From Octopus vulgaris (Eukaryota), in NCBI GenBank assembly GCA_951406725.2, contig OX597814.1, forward strand, positions 67,270,001 through 67,334,000: 64,000 nt of DNA, read 5' to 3'. The translations under genes were made by a program, and so were the position numbers. The notes below the pieces were generated by a model. That model searched no databases, was not told the DNA's origin, and saw only the letters and a program-made list of their open reading frames with translations. Positions 55,980-64,000 of this stretch are shown in pieces (the first letter of the stretch is position 1; every line of letters starts with the position of its first letter).

Positions 55980-58240
55980 ACATCAATATGGCTGTTCGAC
56001 GTTACTACCAATTTTAACCCCAGGAAGAGCCTCTTCCAGCTGATTATTGATGCAATGTGCACTCGGTAGACAGTGATGTGTAGTTAGCTTTACTTTCTGT
56101 TCTAAAACTATGCAAATGATTACGTTACCTAACATTAAAACTGTTTGAAGTCGCATAGATATAATTATATAATGTCCTAGCTTCAGGACCGAACATTTGT
56201 AAACTACATCATAAATAAGACACTTATTTTCAAAGGGATAGTCGTTCGGCAGGTCTTCTACAGTTACACATATTCGAGCTCCTTGCAGAAGCGTTGTTCC
56301 TAAGGCTAGTGTCATTGTTAATATTAGTTATTACTATTTAAGTTAATGTTACTGCAATTAGTTCCGCCATTCATTGTGTTTCTATTGTAACCAGGATTGT
56401 TGCCACAATCTCTATTGATGTCCTTAGGGAAATTAGAGTTATTACATATGGAGCCAATAGCTTCGTCATTATGACAGTTGACAATACTAGTAGTCCCGAA
56501 GGAGTTGTTCATACTATTACCGCGCCCAAATTCATCATTATCGTAAATGAAGTCATTATATATTCTAATTGGTAAAGGGTGATTAGATGAGCTAATAGAA
56601 GACGAACAATTAGAATTATCGCAATCTACATTCTTACATGTACTGGTCAAGCTCGAATTTACTATGTTAGATTTCAAAGTACAAATGGAAATATTATGGT
56701 TACCTACACTATTCGTAAATACATTCTTCAATGTTCTATTATTTATAGCAGCTATGCGATCAGCAACATTCGGGGTACTAGGATATGAACACTTAATCGC
56801 GTATCGTTTAAATATATTCCTATACCTAATTGAAGGAGGAAAGTTCTTTTCGAAGGCCGTAACAAATATATTCGGTAATCTAGATTTAATATTCACAACA
56901 TAAGATAGATTATACCAGATCATATCTTTGCTAAATATTCCACACTATTATTGAATGTTCTGGAATCATTGGTATTATTATGACTCCCGGCTTCAGAGCT
57001 GATACCCACAGGAGTAGGCTGATTTCCACTCACAACAGAATTACAACATACGTGACGGCATGAATTGCCCGCATTTAATAGTGGTTGACTTTTTCCTATA
57101 CCGCTAATGAAAATTAGCGTGATACCTGACTGTCACCAAATATTTAGTATTATTATTCATATTATGCACAGCCAAGAGGTCTTAACTATTACTGCTTTCA
57201 AACTTGACTCTAGATTTATTAAAATTATTTTTAGCAGAGTACGATTCACTATATTTAGAGTTGTCAATATTAAATAGTTTCCGAACAGCACTATTACAGT
57301 AGTTTGCATTTTTATTAAAAATGTCTTCATTAACCAATAATTAAAAAATTCTGAAGGGAACATAATTAACTATATTGATCACAACCCGTATATGATTAGA
57401 ATATCTGTTCATGTATTTGAGGTTTTCTTCCGGTCTGTATAAAGCCGAATTAAGTTCCAGCGTAACATCAAGAAAATTGACCATTTTACGCTCCTTCATA
57501 ATGGTTGTGGATAAACCAATATAAAATAAAATTCTGAGTCTTTTGTCAATTCTTTTAATTTCCATATTGCTACAGTTCCAGAAAAAGGAATAGTGCTCGT
57601 CCCTATATAGACCGGCTGCAATTTCCAGAAAATAATTTTTTAATCTACTCAAACTATAAATACCTGTGAGTCCCTAACCAGCACGGAATCGCTCCAACCC
57701 ACAGTCACATCAATATTATTTAACCTATCCTTCTTAGTCCAAAATATTTCGTTGAAGTTGGTACGTGTTCTACTAGCAGTAAGAATTATATCGCTATTTC
57801 TCCTTGTTAATTTCGATTTCTTAGTGGCAAAGATTATTGATTTATCTAAAAGGGTTTATGCTGAATAGCAGCTGTCGATAATAGCTGCCTGAACGAATTT
57901 ATAATCTCTCTTATGCAATTTGTTTAAAGCAATCTATAACTTCAGTAGTATTTGACCATAGGACTAACTCAACATTAAAAGTAAGTTGAGGAACAAATCT
58001 ATCGAAAATTAACTTGCTCAACATACCCGTATCCGATCTAGACAAACAAATCAATCACCATGAGGCTTTACTAACAAGATTCGGTTTGTGCTCTTTCATA
58101 TTAATTTTTGGAGGTTTAGGTGTTGTAGGCTGAATAGGATCCTCCAGTCCGAGTCAACACTCTAATTTCCGGCATTCTTTGTAAATGTTCCTTAAAGTAG
58201 GTTTGGGTTCTAATTTATATTCTTTTTGGAGCTCCTTGAG
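55980..58240 (-). mobile_element. Degenerate Penelope-like element
   Basis: GLYRDE, VNFLDVTLEL..LYRP..NLKY, IWYN..Y..NIKS, C..Y.STPN, KCLIYDVVYKC. Confidence 0.8.
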
Positions 58241-58530
58241 TATAATGTTTTTATAATACTAAGTTTTTATGTTGTAAAGTTTCCATATGTGTACATATAT
58301 ATGCGTTTAGGGAAACATACATAACATCGATTTGACTTCTCTTTTTAATTAAACAAATCAATTACACACACACATATATACATATACATACATACATACA
58401 TACATACATACATACATGCATACATGCACATATACATATGTGTTTGTCTATATATATATTTCAAAATGTAACGACGTGTGTATCGTTGGCAATTTTCTTC
58501 CTCCCTCTCCTCTTCCTTTGGAATTTACTC

Positions 58531-58566
58531 TTTTTCTGAAGAAGAGCTTTCCTCGAAACGTTAAAT
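58531..58566 (+). ncRNA. Minimal hammerhead ribozyme-like motif in a Penelope-type terminal repeat
   Basis: TTTTT-CTGAAGA-A-GAG(CTTTC)CTC-GAAA-CG-TT-AAA. Stem I is weak. A degenerate relative lies on the minus strand at 16246-16280. Confidence 0.5.
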
Positions 58567-58787
58567 CCTGTTTTCTTCCTCTCCTGATTGTCTGATAATA
58601 TAGTATAGGGTACCACGTCCTCGTATTATTGATTTTTCTTGTTTGTTCTTCTTTGTTTTTCGAGTAGCGTGCGTATTGTGAAAAAATTATATGGTTAATG
58701 GACAATATGTCCAATTTTTCGGCATATTTGGCATTAGAAATGTTTTCCTTTGCCCTCATTTATGAATTATATATATATATATATATA

Positions 58788-60021
58788 CAGGGTGTCCCAA
58801 AAAAATGTATGCACACTTTAAACAATTGTAAAGTAGTTGTTTATTAAAAGACACTTCATTTTCAAAATTTAATAGAATCTACAGACATTATTTTATTGTT
58901 TTGTCAATGCCTGTTTTCAAACTGATGTCCGGTCTGGTCCAGGCACTGCTGACAACGCAAAGGAATGGAATCACAAATATCACAAAAGAATTTGTTTGGT
59001 ATTTGTGTGCACTCTCGTCCAATGGCTGCTCTCAAATCAGCGACTTGTAGGTTTCATAGCGTAGAATTTGTCTTTAAGGTATCCCCATAAAAAAAGTCTT
59101 GTGGTGTGAGGTCTGGTGAATTCAACCATACCTCTTCATCCAATCCACCTGTTTAGATCTAACATAGCAATGGTAGTGCGGGGGTGCCCCATCTTGCTGA
59201 AAATAAAACTCCTCATCTTCAAAGTCTTCTCTAATGCTTGGCATAACAGACTGTTGCAATAAGTTCAAGTAAACGGGACCAGTCACAGTAGCATAACAAA
59301 AGAATGGTCCAATTAATCCTCTTGATGATAAACAACACCACACAAATATCAAATTAACATGGTGTTTCACCATAACATGCAGATTCTCAGGACCCCAGTA
59401 GGTGCAATTGTGGCAGTTAATTGAACCATTTAATTTGAATGTGGCTTCATCACTCCACACAATCTTTGTTGGAAAGTGTGCAGCTTCTACACATCGTTCC
59501 AAGTACCACTCGCAATGCTGCACTCTTTCGTCTGGATCATCATCATTAATAGCATGGACTAATCTTGGAATGTAACTTTTCCATTCACAATGCTTCAAAA
59601 TGCATTGGACAGATGATTTTGGAATACCTACCTCATGACTCGCTTTGCCGCACAGATTTTCTTGGACTTTGGTGATTCATTTCCAGTACTCCTTGCTTTG
59701 TTGGGGTTGTTGATGTTCGGGGTCTTCTGGAATGCTTATCGTGGACATTCTGAACAGTTCCATCAGCTTCAAACTTATCTCTAATTCAAGTGATAGGGAG
59801 TTGCATTGGTGGATCTGTTTGAAACTCCCTCCCCAACTGTTTTTGCACTTCAACTGCATTTTCACACCTCCCGTATCATTTTAGAATGAATTTTCTTTGT
59901 TCAAAGCTTAATCTGACTGCCATCATTAAATCCTATTAAATCCTATAGGTTTCATCTGGAAAGAAAAACTATCAATTGAGTTATCAGCTGCTAAAGTGTG
60001 TATACATTTTTGGGGGAAACC

Positions 60022-60024
<3 letters not shown>
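58788..60024 (-). mobile_element. Tc1/mariner-superfamily transposon with both TIRs, degenerate transposase
   Basis: TA|CAGGGTGTCCCAAAAAAATGTATGCACACTTTA and TAAAGTGTGTATACATTTTTGGGGGAAACCATG|[36 protein letters not shown]. Confidence 0.9.
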
Positions 60025-60064
<40 letters not shown>

Positions 60065-61523
60065 TATATATATATATAAATATGTTATAATGTAATTATA
60101 TTATAATGTAAACCTTTTTGAACTCATAATATTCTGTGTGTGTTTGAATATACAGATACAATACCAATATCCCACTGAACGTTTTAATAATTCCTTCTGG
60201 AAACTATTTTCAACATGTCCTTGAGAATGTATATTTATGTTGTAATCTTTAGTGCCCAATATTTTAAGGAACTTGTTAAACTTTTTTATGTCCTTAACAT
60301 GTCCTTGTTACCAATATATGCAATGTAGCATTTTGTAACAACCAATAATTAACGCAACCAAACTTCTACATGTTACTTTTTACAATCTTTTCTCAAAGAA
60401 TGAAACCGGTAAAGTAAATAAACATCTTTTAAAATTGCATTTTCAAACCTCTTTCGTATATAATTCCACTCGTGCGGTACCCTACAACTCTACTTTGTTA
60501 TATATATATGCACACTCACACGTATCCACACACGCATACACACACATGTATATATTCAAATTTTGTGTTTGAAGCAGCTCGTTAATATACATCTTATGAA
60601 TATCATATACTTAATGTATATGTGTCGTTAAAGACTTGAAAGTTGCGGTATTTCGTCTAAGAGATCTACCTCTAAAAACCTAAGCTAGGCGAAACGAAAT
60701 CGCGCTGAAAATGAACGAGAGCGACAGAGCCGATATTTCGCGGTTATTTTCGCTCATCAGTGTCATATACTCATCTACTAGACGCGTTTCTGGGTCTTTA
60801 GCCTTCCTTTGTTGAAGATACTGAAAGGAGGTAAGATAGGGGAGATAATGAAGCCGTGCAAGCGTTACTACTGCTATATTTGTTCTGACCATGTGGTCTG
60901 CGAGCACAAATCAGCCACTGATATTGATTCTTCTACTAGTTGCTATCTCCTTAGAGAGGAAGCCTAAAGAACCAGAAACTCATCTAGAAGTCGAGGTTTA
61001 TGGGTGTGTAGACTGCAGATGACATCTTACTCGTCGAAACCTCACACACATATACATGTCTAAGATATGCATGTATGTAGGCTGGAAGTATGTATGCATA
61101 AATATGTGTGATGGTTGATTATATTACCTACCTGTATTCGCATTGTTTCTAAATATCCTGTTTTTTTTTCCAGTAGTGTGGTGTGGTTTAAATGTAAAAA
61201 AATATGCCTGCAATGCCTGAATTTGGATGTCATCAACAAAAAGTGTCTGAATTTGGCTCTCAATAAAATCTTTATAATTTTATTGAAATGTTTTCAATTT
61301 GTATTTGTAAGGTGCATGCTATGCGATCTCTTTGTTTCCAGGAAAATTATTGACAAGAATAAACAACAAGTTTGACGGACGTCAGACGATATATCTAAAT
61401 CCGTATATCAAATACCTTCTATGATTGTGAATGGTGTTTTCATTGCGACTTAATAGCATAAAAACTTTAAATATTTAACATTGAAATTTCATACAAAAGG
61501 TTTTCTCCTTTTCGTTTCTCTAG

Positions 61524-61601
61524 AATTCGAGGAGACTACATCAGCAGAAGAGTTAGAGTCTGTAGTCGAAGAGACAGAGAATCTAGAACTAGAGACACCA
61601 G
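61524..61601 (+). CDS. Acidic repeat exon 18 (78 nt): EFEETTSAEELESVVEETENLELETP
   Basis: tttctctAG|AATTC ... CCAG|GTATGA. Paralog of exon 16. Confidence 0.85.
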
Positions 61602-61876
61602 GTATGAATTATATACACGTACATACATACATGCATGGATACAAGCATGCATGCATACATACATACATACATACATACATACATACATGCACGCGCGTCA
61701 CAATGTCTATAAGAATTATTCAAATCTGTATTTCAGATGCGTTGTATGATTGTGTATGGGTTATGTATTATGTCCCAAATATTCAAATAACAAAAAAAAA
61801 AAGAGAAAAAGATAGCAAATTTTAATATTTAACATTAAAAGTTTATATAAAAGGTTTCCTATTACTATTTCTCTAG

Positions 61877-61954
61877 AATTCGAAGAGAATACGGTACAAG
61901 AAGAGTTGGAATCAGAGGCTGAAGAGACGGAGAATGTAGAGCTGGAGACTCCAG
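61877..61954 (+). CDS. Acidic repeat exon 19 (78 nt): EFEENTVQEELESEAEETENVELETP
   Basis: tttctctAG|AATTC ... CCAG|GTAATG. Shares the donor variant of exon 17. Confidence 0.85.
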
Positions 61955-62680
61955 GTAATGATATGTGTATGTGTGTGTGATTGCGTATGTATACATACAC
62001 ACACACACATATGTATGTTTATGTATTCATGTATATATGTATGTATGAAGCCAAAGTTACGCGTAATTTGGACCAGCACCTTAGGCGCTAAATACTTTTA
62101 GGGTTGGTTTTCTCTGTGTACACAACCGAAATATCATATCTGATATTTCGACTCTCACCAACCGTAGGCCGGAACCCCTGACGTTACCCATGTATGTATG
62201 TATGTATGTATGTATGTATGTATGTATGTATGTATGTATGTATGTATGTATGCATGTATGTATGTATGTATGTATGTATGTATGTATATTCGTATGTCTC
62301 TTAAATAGCTTATAAACACCTTCCACGCTGCAATTGTTTTCGTTCCTGCACTCGATCTCTGATCAGGTCACTTGCTATGCAAACACATCTCTCTCTCTCC
62401 CACAATATATATATATATATATATGTAAGATTTAGTTGAATCGGGTACTTAAGTTGATGCAGCTTGTTTAGTAGGGATAATACACACGCACAACAATGAT
62501 TTGCAAATATCAACCTTGGTATATAAATTTTTAAACTGTTAAATTATTTGGAATGTTCTTCATTGTAAAGTATCCATCTAAAGGAAACAGTTTCTTTGAG
62601 AATTGATATCATGTACTCATTAATCAATTAAAAGAGTCATTAGAAACGGCCGTAATGGATTGACAATTGTACTTCATTTG

Positions 62681-62715
<35 letters not shown>

Positions 62716-62763
62716 CATACATACATACACTCACACACACACATATATATATCTATATATCTA

Positions 62764-62873
<110 letters not shown>

Positions 62874-62890
62874 CCTACCTACCTACCTAC

Positions 62891-62962
<72 letters not shown>

Positions 62963-62976
62963 ATATATTTATATAT

Positions 62977-63661
62977 GGTTCTAGGTAAATTCCAGCATGG
63001 TAAATTCCACCCAATAATAATCATCGTGGTCAGTTTCTCTACACGTGGGTCAATACCTATGTTATTTAATGTCTAGCTCTCAAGTCTTAAGAAAGGAGAG
63101 AGAAAGAGAGAAAAAGAGAGAAAGAGAGAGAGAGAGAGAGGGGATAGATAGAGAGAGAGAGAGAGTCTGAAGGTGAGATTGAAAACAATTTTATAATCTA
63201 CTTGAATTGAGATACACTTTAATTTACTCTCATCGAGCAAGAATCTATGAAAAAGACTCATCACAAAATTTCAAAAATAATATATTTTGGGATAAAGAAA
63301 GAAAAGATTAAATTTTAGCACACATTTTATTATAAAAATAGGATAAAAATAGCAGCGAGTATATTGTGAAGTAGAGTTAGGATAAAAAAGTTAAAATTAT
63401 TTTTTAAAAATTCTTAAGGCAATTTGTGTATAATACTTCTTAAAAATTGCATAGGGGCTTTCATTTTGATACTCTTGAACTATCTTCTTCAGTCGTGCAT
63501 CAATAATTTGATAGGCCTTTTTTGTTGTTGAGTCTCCACGTCGAACGTGTGCACTTTTGTCCGGATTAATCCTTTCTCAGATTTAAGGGTAGTGCATAGT
63601 TTCCACAAATTTGGATGTGTGTACGTTAGTGATGAGTGCAAAGCATTGTGGAACCATTCTA

Positions 63662-63727
<66 letters not shown>

Positions 63728-63831
63728 TTCATCTTTAGTGAAATTTAGCATGTTGGAATATACCGTGGTGGAATTTACCTATGGTGAAATTTACCAGGTG
63801 GAATTTTCCGTGGTGGAATTTACCGGTTACC
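62977..63831 (-). mobile_element. MULE (Mutator-like) deletion derivative with TIRs built of GGTAAATTCCA-type subrepeats
   Basis: GGTT..AGGTAAATTCCA at the left end and TGGAATTTACCGGTTACC at the right end. Minus-strand remnant EWFHNALHSSLTYTHPNLWKL resembles the MULE transposase C-terminal motif. Confidence 0.65.
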
Positions 63832-64000
63832 ATATACATAGGTAACAATATTGATATCCTCACTGTTTGAAAAAACATTAGGAATGATCTCGTTTGAGAT
63901 TACAACCATCTTTGGCTAGTTTAACCCCGTTGTGCCCACTGATCTGATTGGTTAGCGTCTAGCGCGGTCTGTCTCTCTACTTATTTCGCGCCAGTGTGTA

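Overview
AT-rich, intron-like eukaryotic DNA packed with microsatellites ((TA)n, (CA)n, (ATAC)n, (TAA)n, (GAA)n) and decayed transposons: RTE, CR1, Tx1/L1-like and R4/Dong LINEs, Penelope-like elements, Tc1/mariner, MULE, a Helitron and tRNA-derived SINEs. The repeat landscape resembles an octopus (coleoid cephalopod) genome; this is an inference. Nearly all ORF-track entries are microsatellite artefacts. The main hidden structure is a + strand gene spread over more than 41 kb. It has 19 homologous phase-1/phase-1 small exons (63-117 nt, acceptor mostly ...tctAG|AATT, donor mostly CCAG|gtatga), each encoding one copy of a very acidic repeat (EFEEDxIPEELESExEETENLELETP). A related acidic exon and two candidate hydrophobic N-terminal exons precede them. 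Seventeen repeat exons keep the frame (1302 nt, 434 aa). Two identical 77-nt copies carry an in-frame stop. The array grew by duplicating exon pairs together with their intronic TE debris, and no terminal exon is visible in the window. A second signal is a set of minimal hammerhead-ribozyme motifs in Penelope-type repeats whose cores show C3-G8, U3-A8 and G3-C8 versions of the 3-8 pair. All coordinates were counted by eye and no searches were run.
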